This document shows, piece by piece, positions 21,585-31,750 of a stretch of 64,000 nt of DNA. Every line of letters begins with the position of its first letter. Position 1 is the stretch's first letter. Source of the DNA: a bacterium (GTDB lineage: Bacteria; UBA10199; 2-02-FULL-44-16; JAAZCA01). The translations under genes were made by a program, and so were the position numbers. The stretch is from the NCBI GenBank assembly GCA_963674695.2, contig CAXXGI010000001.1, positions 64,001-128,000 of the forward strand, read 5' to 3'. The notes beneath the pieces were generated by a model, which ran no database searches, was not told the DNA's origin, and saw nothing but the letters and a program-made list of their open reading frames with translations.

Positions 21585-22403
21585 CTAGACGTAAATGATC
21601 AGCTTCGTCAGGAAGAAGTCGGCGATGAAGATCGTCACGGCGGAATAGACCACGGCTTTTGTCGTGGCCTCCCCAACGCCCTCCGTCCCGCCACGCGTTT
21701 GAAGCCCTTGATAGCAGGAGATGACGCCAACAAAGAAGCCAAAGAAGACCGCCTTCTCGATGCCGCTGGTAAAATCATTGATAATGAGTGAACCGCGCAA
21801 CTGGTCGATATAGAAATGCGGCGTAACCCCCACCTCCATGACGCTGATAATCATACCCCCGAACGCGCCGATGACATCGGCCATGACCGTGAGGATCGGG
21901 GTAGCGATCACCGTGGCCAACACCCGCGGAACGACGAGCTTCTGAATCGGATTGGCCCCCATCGCCTCGATCGCCAGCACCTGATCGGTGACGACCATGG
22001 AACCCAACTCAGCCGCGATGCCACTGCCCACGCGAGAGGCGACCATGAGCGCGGTGAGCACCGGCCCCAGCTCCCGAAAGATGGCCAACCCCACGAGCTG
22101 ACCCACATAGAGCTGAAGGCCGAAGCGCTTGAGGCCCACCACCAACTGCAAGGCCATCACGAGCCCCGTGAAGAAGGCGATGAGCGCGACGATCATGAAG
22201 GAACGATTACCAATGGAGAAGAATTGGTTAAAGAATTCACCAACGGCGAGACGATGCGTAAAGAAGACGCGAATCGCCCTCCCGGCGAGCAGCGCCGTGC
22301 CCCCGACCACATCGACGGCGGCGGTAATCCCCTTCCCGATGGTCGAGAAGAACACGACACAGCGCCCGGGACAACCGGCGATGGTGGGTTCCAAGCTACT
22401 CAT
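21585..22403 (-). CDS. mlaE: MlaE-type ABC permease
   Basis: RELGPVLTAL, GSGIAAELGSM, LVVPRVLA and GVGEATTKAVV motifs. Confidence 0.9.
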   Translation of the reverse strand: MSSLEPTIAGCPGRCVVFFSTIGKGITAAVDVVGGTALLAGRAIRVFFTHRLAVGEFFNQFFSIGNRSFMIVALIAFFTGLVMALQLVVGLKRFGLQLYVGQLVGLAIFRELGPVLTALMVASRVGSGIAAELGSMVVTDQVLAIEAMGANPIQKLVVPRVLATVIATPILTVMADVIGAFGGMIISVMEVGVTPHFYIDQLRGSLIINDFTSGIEKAVFFGFFVGVISCYQGLQTRGGTEGVGEATTKAVVYSAVTIFIADFFLTKLIIYV

Positions 22404-22935
22404 AGCGAAATCCGTCAACGAAGAGGTCGAAGTCCTCTTCGACCAGCTCGCGCACCTGGCGCGGCATGATCGCGTAGAGATCGAAGACGCAGTTGTCCTT
22501 GCGCACGATGACGAGATTCAAGTGAACCTCCACGCCATCCATCGTCCCTTCGACGAGCTGGCGCAGCGCCCCGCGGCCAGCGAGCATGAACTGGTGCTCG
22601 CTGGTGACCGTGCGATTATCGAGCGCCGAGATGATCTGCCCGCCCAGGGAATCGAGCGAGGCATCCGGAACCGAATCGCCGCAGAAGGCATCGGTGGCAA
22701 TCGATGCCTTGAGCTCTTCGTTATAGAAGATGATCGCGCGGGCCTTGGTGCGCAGCTGTTTCCACCCCTGCGGCAGCTCGCCCACGCGATAGAAGCGATC
22801 CGGATGCAGGGCGATATAGACCTTGCCCTGCCGATAGGAGATAACCCCTCGAAATGGTTGAGGTCCAAAGATGCATCCGGGCAAAAATACCAGAAATGAC
22901 ACCAACAGAATGAGCTGAAAGGCTTTCCCCCGCAT
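22396..22935 (-). CDS. Hypothetical lipoprotein in the mla operon
   Basis: Lipobox FLPGC after a hydrophobic stretch; stop overlaps the mlaE start. Confidence 0.7.
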   Translation of the reverse strand: MRGKAFQLILLVSFLVFLPGCIFGPQPFRGVISYRQGKVYIALHPDRFYRVGELPQGWKQLRTKARAIIFYNEELKASIATDAFCGDSVPDASLDSLGGQIISALDNRTVTSEHQFMLAGRGALRQLVEGTMDGVEVHLNLVIVRKDNCVFDLYAIMPRQVRELVEEDFDLFVDGFRYE

Positions 22936-22998
22936 GGGCAGGACTATAGCGATAATCTTCACTGTTGACAAGGACTTAGCACGCATGCCAGTCACAGC

Positions 22999-23026
22999 GA
23001 GACTGGCCTGACGAGCCTGACTGGCC
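22999..23026. repeat. Degenerate 9-mer tandem repeat (CTGACTGGC family)
   Basis: gagactggc ctgacgagc ctgactggc just upstream of yggS. Confidence 0.65.
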
Positions 23027-23034
23027 TTCGCCCT

Positions 23035-23718
23035 ATGACCTCCATTGCCTCACATCTTGAAGCCGTCCGCCGCCGCATCGACGCCGCCGCAAAGCGCGCC
23101 GGCCGAGATCCGGCGGAGATCACGCTCGTGGCGGTTTCGAAGCGTAAACCGACCGCGATGATTCACGCCGCCTTCGAGGCCGGTCAACGCACCTTCGGAG
23201 AGAACTACGCCCAGGAGCTGCGTGATAAGGCGGCAGAGCTCGCCGACCTCCCGATCCGTTGGCACTTCATCGGCAACCTCCAGAAAAATAAGGCAAAATA
23301 TGTCGCGCCCGCTGCGGCCATGATGGAGACGATCGATTCCGAGGAACTGGCCATCGCCATGGCATCGCGCGCACCGGAAAAACTCGACTGCCTCATCGAG
23401 GTCAATATCGGCGACGAACAGAACAAAGCGGGTGTAGCCCCGGAAGCGGTCCCGGAATTGGCACGCGCCATCCTGCACCTGTCCCAGCTCAACCTGCGGG
23501 GGCTGATGGTCATCCCCCCCTACGGTGAGGCACCGGAGAAGAGTCGCCCTTATTTCCGTCGCCTGCGCGAACTGCTGACGGAACTCAACGCCCAGCTCGC
23601 CCTCGACACACCGCTCGACGCGCTCTCCATGGGCATGAGCGACGACTTCGAAGTGGCCATCGAAGAGGGTGCGACGATCGTGCGGGTGGGAACAGCCATC
23701 TTCGGAGAACGCACATGA
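23035..23718 (+). CDS. yggS: PLP homeostasis protein YggS
   Basis: LVAVSK, FGENYAQE, WHFIGNLQKNK and LSMGMSDDFEVAIEEGATIVRVGTAIFG motifs. Confidence 0.96.
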   Translation: MTSIASHLEAVRRRIDAAAKRAGRDPAEITLVAVSKRKPTAMIHAAFEAGQRTFGENYAQELRDKAAELADLPIRWHFIGNLQKNKAKYVAPAAAMMETIDSEELAIAMASRAPEKLDCLIEVNIGDEQNKAGVAPEAVPELARAILHLSQLNLRGLMVIPPYGEAPEKSRPYFRRLRELLTELNAQLALDTPLDALSMGMSDDFEVAIEEGATIVRVGTAIFGERT

Positions 23719-26700
23719 TCAAGATCACCGAATACTTCATCCGACGGCCGCGGGTGGCCAACCTGATCCTCGCGCTCATCGTCCTGGCCGGAATCCTCTC
23801 GGCGCTCTCGCTGCGCCGACAGGCCGACCCCACCATCGCATTCGACATCATGAAGATCACCACGGAATACCCCGGGGCCAGCCCCGAGGACGTGGAGGTC
23901 AACGTCACCGACCCGCTCGAGGATGAGCTGGCCGAGGTCGAGGACATCGACGAGATGGTGAGCCTGTCGATGGAGAGCCTCTCGGTCGTCTTCATCTGGA
24001 TCGACCCGGACGCCGCCGACAACGCGCGCGTCAAACAGGACATCCGCACGGCCGTCGATCGCGTCACGGGCCTGCCGCGCCAGGTGACGGACAAACCCAA
24101 GGTCGACGAGATTCGCTCGACCAGCGCCCCCGTCATGGAGATCGCCATCTCCGGCGACATCAGCGAAGCGAAGCTGCGCCAATACGCCAAGGACCTGGAA
24201 AACGACCTCAAGGGCGCCAAGGGGATCGGGCTGATCGAGAAGATCGGCTACCGCAAACGCGAGGTCCACATCCAGGCGCAGGTGAACAAGCTCGATGACC
24301 GCTACGTCTCGCTCGCTGAGATCATGAACGCCATCGAGGCGCGCAACGTTCGCACCACAGGCGGCAGCCTCGAATCGTATGTCACCGAAAAGAAGATCGT
24401 CACCTTCGCGGAATACGAGGAACCGCTGGAGGTCGCCGACGTCATCATCCGTTCGACCTTCACGGGCGAGCGCGTGCGCATCAAGGACGTCGCGCGCGTC
24501 ATCGAGGGGTTCGAGGAACACGACATCATCCCGCGCGCGGGGGGACGCGACTGCATCGCGCTCTCCATCCGCTCGCAGGCCACCGCCGACATCATCACCC
24601 TCTCCAAAGAGGTGCAGAAGATCTTGAGCCGCTTCAGCCAAGGGCTGCCGGACACGGTCACCGCGAAGATCATCTACGACAAGTCGGACTACACGCGCAG
24701 CCTCCTGAAGATGGTCAAGTATAACGGGCTCATCGGTTTCGCCCTGGTGCTGGCCGTGATGCTCTTCTTCCTCGATCGCACCTCCGCCTTCTGGACCGCG
24801 ATGGGGCTGCCCATCGCCATCTGCGGCGCGCTGATCTTCTTCCCCCTCTTCGACCTGACGCTCAACATGGTCACGCTCTCGGCGATGATCCTCGTGCTGG
24901 GCATGCTCGTCGACGACGCCATCGTCATCTCCGAGAACATCTATCGCTATAAGGAGAAAGGGCTCGGCGCGGTCGAGGCCACGATCGAGGGCGTCCAAAA
25001 CGTCTTCTGGCCGGTCACCGCCTCGGTACTCACGACCATCCTGGCGTTCCTGCCGATGCTCTTCATGACAGGACTCACAGGGAAATTCATCGTGGGCATC
25101 CCGATCGTCGTACTCTTGATGCTCGGTTTTTCGCTCCTGGAATCGACCTCGTTTCTGCCGGGACACGTCTGCCACGCCACGCCGCCGAAGACCGCACCGC
25201 GCCGCACGCGGTGGGTGGCAACGCTCGCTGAATTTTATCGGCGCAGGCTCACCTGGTGTCTGGCCAATCGCAAGAAGGTGCTCGGCGTCTACCTGCTGAT
25301 CTTCATCGCCGTGCTCGGCGCTTCGCACCTCTGGCTCAAGCTCGTCCTCTTCCCGCAGAACGATCCGGACATCCTCAACATCATCGTCGAAACGCCGCAG
25401 GGCATGCCGCTCATGCAGACCAAGGCCAAGATCCCCGAGGTGGAGGCCGTGGTCGAAGCCATCGTCCCCGCCGAAGCGATGCAGAGCTACACCACCCGCA
25501 TCGGCCACCACGACGCCGACGCCTACGGCGGCACCGCGGGCAACTACGACAACTGGGCGCTGATCACGATCTATCTCAAACCCGCGGAGGAACGAACCGC
25601 CGTCGCGGAGACGATCGTGGAACAGATCGGTCAACGGCTGAAGACGCTCGATGGCTTTCAGAAACTCTACATCGAACCGCTCAGCGATGGGCCGCCGATG
25701 GGCAAACCCGTGACCATCCACTACACCTCCGACGACGATGCCCTGCGAAAGGCGTTCGAGGAAAAGACGACGGCGTTTCTGGAAACCGTCGATGGCGTCT
25801 ATGCGGTAGAGAGTTCGAACATCCCGGGCAAAGATGAGCTACGTCTCGTGCTCGACTATGACCAGATGGCACGGCTCGGGCTCACCGCACTCGATGTCGC
25901 CAAGACCGTGCGTGCGGCCTTCGATGGCGAAATCGTCACCTCCATCCGCACGAGCGGCGAGGAGATCGACTTCCGCGTGATGCTCGCCGACCGCAAAAAG
26001 TACCGCGAGGAGCAGGTGCTCGAACTCGAGATCTCCAACAAGACGAGCAAACTCATCCCCCTGAAGAATTTTGCGCACCTGAAAGAGACGCGTGGACCGG
26101 CGGTGCTGCGCCACTACGACGGACGGCGCTCGGTCCGCGTGACCGCCGAAGTCGACACGAACACAATCACCTCGCATGAGGTCAACCAATTGGTCGAAGC
26201 GAAGTTCATGCCCGAGGCGATGCAACACGCCGGCTTCAAGATGGAACTCGGAGGAGAGGAGAAGAAGACGCAGGAGAGCATGGCGAGCTTCTACTTCGCG
26301 CTGATGGTCGCACTGATGGCCATCTACTTCCTGCTGGTGGTGTTGTTCGACTCCTACCTGCAGCCGATCCTCATCATGTCGGCGATCCCCTTTGCGCTCA
26401 TCGGCGTCTTCATCACGTTCATGATCCACGGCCTCCCTCTGGGTTTCATCGCGCTGATCGGAATCCTGGGGCTGTTCGGCGTGGTCATCAACGCCTCGAT
26501 CGTGATGGTGAGCACGCTCGACGAATGGTGCGAGCGCGACGGCATGAGTTTTGCCGCCATCGCCGAGGCCGCAAAACTCCGTTTCCGACCGGTGTTGCTC
26601 ACCACCATCACGACGGTGGCGGGACTGCTCCCCACCGCCTATGGCATCGGGGGCGACCTCCCCTTCATCCGGCCGATGGTACTGGCGCTGGCCTGGGGGC

Positions 26701-26774
26701 TCGTCTTCGGCACGGTCATCAGCCTGGTGCTCATCCCGCTGCTCTATGCCATGATGGGGAGGGTGAAGGCGTAG
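23715..26774 (+). CDS. RND efflux permease (AcrB/AcrD/AcrF family)
   Basis: YPGASPEDVE, GMLVDDAIVISEN and RFRPVLLTTITT motifs; 1019 aa with 12 TM pattern. Confidence 0.92.
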   Translation: MIKITEYFIRRPRVANLILALIVLAGILSALSLRRQADPTIAFDIMKITTEYPGASPEDVEVNVTDPLEDELAEVEDIDEMVSLSMESLSVVFIWIDPDAADNARVKQDIRTAVDRVTGLPRQVTDKPKVDEIRSTSAPVMEIAISGDISEAKLRQYAKDLENDLKGAKGIGLIEKIGYRKREVHIQAQVNKLDDRYVSLAEIMNAIEARNVRTTGGSLESYVTEKKIVTFAEYEEPLEVADVIIRSTFTGERVRIKDVARVIEGFEEHDIIPRAGGRDCIALSIRSQATADIITLSKEVQKILSRFSQGLPDTVTAKIIYDKSDYTRSLLKMVKYNGLIGFALVLAVMLFFLDRTSAFWTAMGLPIAICGALIFFPLFDLTLNMVTLSAMILVLGMLVDDAIVISENIYRYKEKGLGAVEATIEGVQNVFWPVTASVLTTILAFLPMLFMTGLTGKFIVGIPIVVLLMLGFSLLESTSFLPGHVCHATPPKTAPRRTRWVATLAEFYRRRLTWCLANRKKVLGVYLLIFIAVLGASHLWLKLVLFPQNDPDILNIIVETPQGMPLMQTKAKIPEVEAVVEAIVPAEAMQSYTTRIGHHDADAYGGTAGNYDNWALITIYLKPAEERTAVAETIVEQIGQRLKTLDGFQKLYIEPLSDGPPMGKPVTIHYTSDDDALRKAFEEKTTAFLETVDGVYAVESSNIPGKDELRLVLDYDQMARLGLTALDVAKTVRAAFDGEIVTSIRTSGEEIDFRVMLADRKKYREEQVLELEISNKTSKLIPLKNFAHLKETRGPAVLRHYDGRRSVRVTAEVDTNTITSHEVNQLVEAKFMPEAMQHAGFKMELGGEEKKTQESMASFYFALMVALMAIYFLLVVLFDSYLQPILIMSAIPFALIGVFITFMIHGLPLGFIALIGILGLFGVVINASIVMVSTLDEWCERDGMSFAAIAEAAKLRFRPVLLTTITTVAGLLPTAYGIGGDLPFIRPMVLALAWGLVFGTVISLVLIPLLYAMMGRVKA

Positions 26775-26806
26775 CACCTTGAAGGGTGAGGAGCGAAGGG
26801 CGAAGG

Positions 26807-27190
26807 GTGAAAAAAGTGGGAAAGAAGAATCGACAGAACGCGCACAAGCGTAACGCCCAGAAGGAGGGGTGCTCCTGTCCGGAGTGCATCGACTGTTGTC
26901 AGCGCGACCCGGGCTGGTTTCTGCCCGACGAAATTCCCATTGCGGCGGCTTTCATGAACCTTGCCGAAGCGGAGTTCGTCGAACAGTTCTGTCAGGAACA
27001 CCGCGACGACAACGTGATCGTGCTGGCACCGAAGCAGAAACCCGGCACGACCGAATGCATCTTCCTCGACCGCGATGGCATGTGCCAGATCCATGCGGTC
27101 AAACCCCACGAATGCCGCAAGGTCTTCGGGTGTGGCCCCGAAGCCCGCCATCGCCGCATCCGCGAGATCATCCGCAGACAGTGGAAATAG
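26807..27190 (+). CDS. YkgJ-family cysteine cluster protein (putative Zn/Fe-S binding)
   Basis: CxxCxxCC ... CIFL...C.IH..KP..CR pattern; start codon uncertain. Confidence 0.8.
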   Translation: MKKVGKKNRQNAHKRNAQKEGCSCPECIDCCQRDPGWFLPDEIPIAAAFMNLAEAEFVEQFCQEHRDDNVIVLAPKQKPGTTECIFLDRDGMCQIHAVKPHECRKVFGCGPEARHRRIREIIRRQWK

Positions 27191-27206
27191 ACACACCCCC
27201 CGGGGG

Positions 27207-27242
27207 GCCGTTCCATTATTGATATTGCAATAAAGGAACGGC
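27207..27242. promoter_or_regulatory. Inverted repeat between the ykgJ-like gene and pepF (terminator or operator)
   Basis: GCCGTTCC-a-TTATTG ... CAATAA-a-GGAACGGC. Confidence 0.45.
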
Positions 27243-27357
27243 GTTCGTTCCAGATCCATTTCTGACGTGCAAATGCGGGGCAATCCTTTACAGCCATTAT
27301 GCGACTTGCTAGAGATATCTCCCGCTTCGGGGGAAGCGACACCCATAGGGAGGCACC

Positions 27358-29376
27358 ATGGCTAAGGGAGACGCGCCGAAGATTCAACCACGAACGACAG
27401 CCCCCAATCCGCTCCAATCAACCCCTGAACCAGTGCTCGAAGATTTTTCCTGCATGTCGATCGACCCGGCGCAACTGTCCTATTATGAAGATGCGGCCGC
27501 GCAGATGACCAGCCCGGCCTTTATCAACCACTGGTGTTTTGACGCCGAACCGGAGGAGGAGATTATTCCACAGCGCAGCGATATCCCCGAAGAACTCAAA
27601 TGGAATCTCGCCGACATCTACCCCACCGATGCCGCGTGGGAAAAAGCATACAAGGCGATCAAGGCGCGCGTCGATGCGTTTAGCACCGAATGGAAGGAAG
27701 CCGCCACGGCATCTGGCCAGAAACTCTTCGAGGCGATGGAAAACTATTACGACCTCAAAAAAGAGGTCATCCGCATCGAATACTATGGTCACCTCCGCTC
27801 CGACGAGGACACGCGTGTGTCGGACGCCACCACGATGAAGATGAAGGGCACGCAATTGATGACGACCTTCAATGCGAACACCGCCTTCCTGCGCCCGGCC
27901 ATCCTCTCCCTTGATGCCGAAACGATCGCGGGCTACCAGCGCGAGGAACCGCGTCTGGCGAAATATGAGACCTATCTGCGCCGCGTATTGGAAGAGCGCA
28001 CCCACACCCTCTCGATGAAAGAGGAAAAGCTCCTGGCCGATCGCAATCTCATCACGAACGGCGCCTTCCAGGCCTATCAATCGCTCTGCTACGCCGACAT
28101 GAAACACCCGAAGGCGACGCTCTCCGACGGAAGCACCGTCGAGGTCACGATCCCCAACTACGTCAAACTGCGCAGCTCGACCAATCGCACCGATCGCGTC
28201 GCCACCTTCCAGGCCTTCTGGAAGAACTATGGAAACTTCAAAAATACCTTCGCCAGCATGCTCAACACGCACGTCCAGGCGCGCACCAAGACGGCGACGG
28301 AGCGCACATATGGCAGCGCCCTGGAGATGGCCTTCGACAAGACGGATGTCGATCCCAAGGCCTACGATGCCCTCATCGCCGGCGTCCATGAGGGACTGCC
28401 CGCGCTGCATCGCTATCTCAAGCTGCGCAAAAAACTCCTGGGGCTCGAAACGCTCGGGTATGAAGACCTCTATGCGCCGCTGGCCAAGAGCGAGAAGACC
28501 TATACCATCGAAGAGGGCAAGCAGCTCTTCCTCGACTCACTCGCACCGCTGGGCGAGAACTACGTCACCCAGATTGAAAAGGCCTTCGATGAACGCTGGG
28601 CCGACTTCATGCCCTCGGAGGGAAAATATCCCAGCGGCTACATGGCCGGCGAGGTCTATGACGCGCACCCCTATGTCATGCTCAACTGGAACGGCAGCGT
28701 CGACAGCGTCTCGACCATGGCGCATGAATTCGGCCATGCCATGCACTCCTGGTATACCAACACGACGCAGCCATTCGCCTATGCCGACTACAAAATCTTT
28801 GTCGCCGAAGTCCCCTCGACGACGAATGAGATCCTGCTCGCCTATCACATGATCGATCAAACCGACGATCCGAAGGAAAAGCTCTATATGTATGGGCAGG
28901 TCCTGGAGAGCTTGCGCACGACGGTCTTTCGCCAGACCCAGTTCGCTGAGTTCGAAGGCAAGATCTACGACTCCGTCCAGAAGGGCGAACCGCTCACCGC
29001 GGATCTGCTGGGCGCCACCTATGGCGACCTCCTGAAGGAGTATTACGGCGCCGACAAGGGCATCACCGATATCGACGACACCTATAACGTCGAATGGACA
29101 TTGATCCATCACTTCTTCAAGGACTTCTACGTCTACAACTACGCCACCTCGTTCGTCGCGGGGCTGGCGATCGCCAAGAAGATGCGCGAAGGCGACACCG
29201 CCGCACGCGACCGGTTCATCGAGGCGCTCAAACTCGGCGAATCCAAGGACCCGGTCGACATCCTCAAGGTGGCCGGCATCGACATGACCACGACCGAGCC
29301 CTACAAGGCCGCCTGGCAGGAGATGAACTACATCCTCGGAGAATGCGAAAAACTCGCGGCGGAGATCGAGAACTAG
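27358..29376 (+). CDS. pepF: Oligoendopeptidase F (M3B)
   Basis: WNLADIY, HPYVMLNW, TMAHEFGHAMHS (HExxH), FVAEVPST and RQTQFAEFE motifs. Confidence 0.93.
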   Translation: MAKGDAPKIQPRTTAPNPLQSTPEPVLEDFSCMSIDPAQLSYYEDAAAQMTSPAFINHWCFDAEPEEEIIPQRSDIPEELKWNLADIYPTDAAWEKAYKAIKARVDAFSTEWKEAATASGQKLFEAMENYYDLKKEVIRIEYYGHLRSDEDTRVSDATTMKMKGTQLMTTFNANTAFLRPAILSLDAETIAGYQREEPRLAKYETYLRRVLEERTHTLSMKEEKLLADRNLITNGAFQAYQSLCYADMKHPKATLSDGSTVEVTIPNYVKLRSSTNRTDRVATFQAFWKNYGNFKNTFASMLNTHVQARTKTATERTYGSALEMAFDKTDVDPKAYDALIAGVHEGLPALHRYLKLRKKLLGLETLGYEDLYAPLAKSEKTYTIEEGKQLFLDSLAPLGENYVTQIEKAFDERWADFMPSEGKYPSGYMAGEVYDAHPYVMLNWNGSVDSVSTMAHEFGHAMHSWYTNTTQPFAYADYKIFVAEVPSTTNEILLAYHMIDQTDDPKEKLYMYGQVLESLRTTVFRQTQFAEFEGKIYDSVQKGEPLTADLLGATYGDLLKEYYGADKGITDIDDTYNVEWTLIHHFFKDFYVYNYATSFVAGLAIAKKMREGDTAARDRFIEALKLGESKDPVDILKVAGIDMTTTEPYKAAWQEMNYILGECEKLAAEIEN

Positions 29377-29383
29377 CTGGCGG

Positions 29384-29454
29384 TGTCATCCCCGCGAAAG
29401 CGGGGATCTCGATGTGTCGTAACAAGCGAGATTCCCGCGTTCGCGGGAATGACA
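29384..29454. repeat. TGTCAT...ATGACA palindromic REP-like element (minimal form)
   Basis: tgtcatccccgcgaaagcggggatctcg ... cgagattcccgcgttcgcgggaatgaca. Confidence 0.85.
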
Positions 29455-29572
29455 GCACAAAAAACCTCGACCACAAAACAAAACGCCGCTGCACCACGAG
29501 AGCGGCCCGCTTGACTTCTCTCACCGGTCACATAGGCTGCGACGCCGTCACCCCCTCCCAAGGATTCGCCTG

Positions 29573-30670
29573 ATGAAACGAACGCTCATCGCCCTTGTCT
29601 TCCTCCTCACCGCCCTGCCGGTCACCTGCGTGCACGCGCAGGGACCAATCGTCGCCACGGATCTGGCCGGGCGCACCGTCACACTCTCGCAACCCGCAAA
29701 ACGTCTGGTGGCCATCGGCCCGGGGTCGCTGCGCCTACTGGTCTATCTCGGCGCACAGGACTCGGTCGTCGGCATCGAGGAGATGGAAAAGCGCATGTCG
29801 CGCGAGATCGCCGAGCGCCCCTATGCCGCCGTCCTGCCGGATGCCTTCTTCGAAAAAGCGATCGTCGCCGGCGGCGGGCCCGGAAAGATGCCCGACCTCG
29901 AGCGCCTCATCCGCCTCAGCCCCGACCTCGTCGTCGCCACGACGCTGACGCGCACACAGGCCGCGAACCTCGCCCACCGAACCGGCATCCCGGTGGCGGT
30001 GATGAGCTACGGTGAACTCGGCGTGCTGCGCGACGAGGTGTTCCGATCAATCGAGGTGCTCGGCACACTGCTTGGCCGAAAGGCGCGCGCCGATGAGCTG
30101 GTCGCGTTCATGCGCAACATGCAGACGGAACTTACACGCCGCACCGCCTCCATTCCCCAGGCCCAGCGCCCCACCGCCTACTTCGGCGGAATCTCGCTCA
30201 AGGGGGCACACGGCATCACGAGCACGGAGGCGGGCTATACGCCCGCACGGATGGTGGGAGCCGCCAACCTCGCCGATCGCACGGGGAGAACGGGGCACAT
30301 CACCGTCGACCTGGAACAGATCCTCATCTGGAATCCGGATGCCATTTTCTTCGACCGGGGCGGACGCAGCGTCATCGATCGCGAATACGATCGCGACCGT
30401 ACAATCCTGCGCTCGCTCGCGGCGGTAAAAAGCGGTCGCGTCTATGCGCTGCTGCCCTACAACTATTACAACACGAACATCGAGCTGGCGTTCATCGACG
30501 CGTTTGCCATCGGCAAAGCACTCTCTCCGAAGGCCTTTGCCGACGTGTCGCTGACAAAGAAGGCCGACGAGATTCTGCGTGCCTTCACTGGCCGGGGAGC
30601 GACGAAGGAAGAACTGCCCGCCTTCGCACCGCTCGTACTTCCCGCCGAAGGTGCGCCGCGCTGGAAATAA
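29573..30670 (+). CDS. Iron-chelate/cobalamin ABC transporter substrate-binding protein
   Basis: Signal peptide, TDLAGRTV, ERLIRLSPDLV, EQILIWNPDAIF and AVKSGRVY motifs. Confidence 0.85.
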   Translation: MKRTLIALVFLLTALPVTCVHAQGPIVATDLAGRTVTLSQPAKRLVAIGPGSLRLLVYLGAQDSVVGIEEMEKRMSREIAERPYAAVLPDAFFEKAIVAGGGPGKMPDLERLIRLSPDLVVATTLTRTQAANLAHRTGIPVAVMSYGELGVLRDEVFRSIEVLGTLLGRKARADELVAFMRNMQTELTRRTASIPQAQRPTAYFGGISLKGAHGITSTEAGYTPARMVGAANLADRTGRTGHITVDLEQILIWNPDAIFFDRGGRSVIDREYDRDRTILRSLAAVKSGRVYALLPYNYYNTNIELAFIDAFAIGKALSPKAFADVSLTKKADEILRAFTGRGATKEELPAFAPLVLPAEGAPRWK

Positions 30671-30682
30671 CAGGAGTCACGC

Positions 30683-31750
30683 TTGAAACGAACGCCGCAC
30701 ACCGATCGCTATCGCATCCATCGCCGTCGGCTGACCGTCATCGCCGCGGGGCTGGGCGTGCTGGCGTTGGCGCTGGCGATCCTCTCGCTCTTCGTCGGCG
30801 CCTATGAGCTCTCCTGTGCGCAACTCATCGCCGCCCTCGGCGGTTGGGGGGATGCACCCCTCGTCCATATCCTCCGCGACATTCGCCTGCCGCGCGCGGC
30901 CGCCGCACTCGTCGCGGGCGCGGGCCTGGGGGCTTCGGGACTCGCGCTCCAGGGGGCGCTGCGCAACCCGCTGGCCAGCCCCTATACGCTGGGCATCTCG
31001 CAGGGCGCGGCCTTCGGCGCGGCATTTGCCATCATCGCGCTCGGCGCGGGGGGATTTTCCGCCCTCCAAGCGGGGACGCTCGCAACCGCCCTCCCCGGAA
31101 TCACCATCGCGTCAGCGCTTTTCGGCGCGCTGGCCACGGCGGCCGTGATCATCCTGCTCTCACGATTTTCCGCACTCACACCCGGCGCACTCATTCTCGT
31201 CGGGGTGGCACTCGCCTCGCTCTTTACGGCGGGGACGATGTTCCTGCAGTATATCGCCACCGACGTGGAACTGGCCGCCGCCATCTTCTGGACCTTCGGC
31301 GATATCGGCCGCGCGCGATGGGTGGAGGTGGCGATCATGGCAACGGTGATCGTCCCGGCAATCCTCATGCTCGCGCTCCGACACCGCTCGCTCGACGCCC
31401 TGCTCTGGGGGGATGACGCCGCGGCCAGCATGGGGGTGCACGTCCACCGCCTGCGCATGGTGCTCATCGCGATCGCCTCGCTCATGGCCGCCATCGCCAC
31501 CGCTTTTTTGGGCGTCATCGGATTTGTGGGGCTCATCGGCCCGCACCTGGCGCGCCTGCTGGTGGGCGAGGAACACCGCGTGCTCCTGCCCGCCTCGATC
31601 GCCTGCAGCGCGGGGCTCCTCATCATCGCCGATTGTCTCGCGCGCATGCTCCTGGCCCCGGTCACGCTGCCGGTCGGCATCTTCACCGCATTCGCCGGCG
31701 CCCCGCTCTTCATCGCACTGCTGCTTAAGCGTCGGGGGGTGACCTCATGA
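30683..31750 (+). CDS. FecCD/BtuC family ABC permease
   Basis: IRLPRA, LRNPLASPYTLGIS and GVIGFVGLIGPHLAR motifs. Confidence 0.9.
   Translation: MKRTPHTDRYRIHRRRLTVIAAGLGVLALALAILSLFVGAYELSCAQLIAALGGWGDAPLVHILRDIRLPRAAAALVAGAGLGASGLALQGALRNPLASPYTLGISQGAAFGAAFAIIALGAGGFSALQAGTLATALPGITIASALFGALATAAVIILLSRFSALTPGALILVGVALASLFTAGTMFLQYIATDVELAAAIFWTFGDIGRARWVEVAIMATVIVPAILMLALRHRSLDALLWGDDAAASMGVHVHRLRMVLIAIASLMAAIATAFLGVIGFVGLIGPHLARLLVGEEHRVLLPASIACSAGLLIIADCLARMLLAPVTLPVGIFTAFAGAPLFIALLLKRRGVTS

Noticed and set aside
29455-29572. Cobalamin riboswitch upstream of the ABC transporter
   Set aside because: The leader is short and lacks recognisable B12-box or conserved core motifs.
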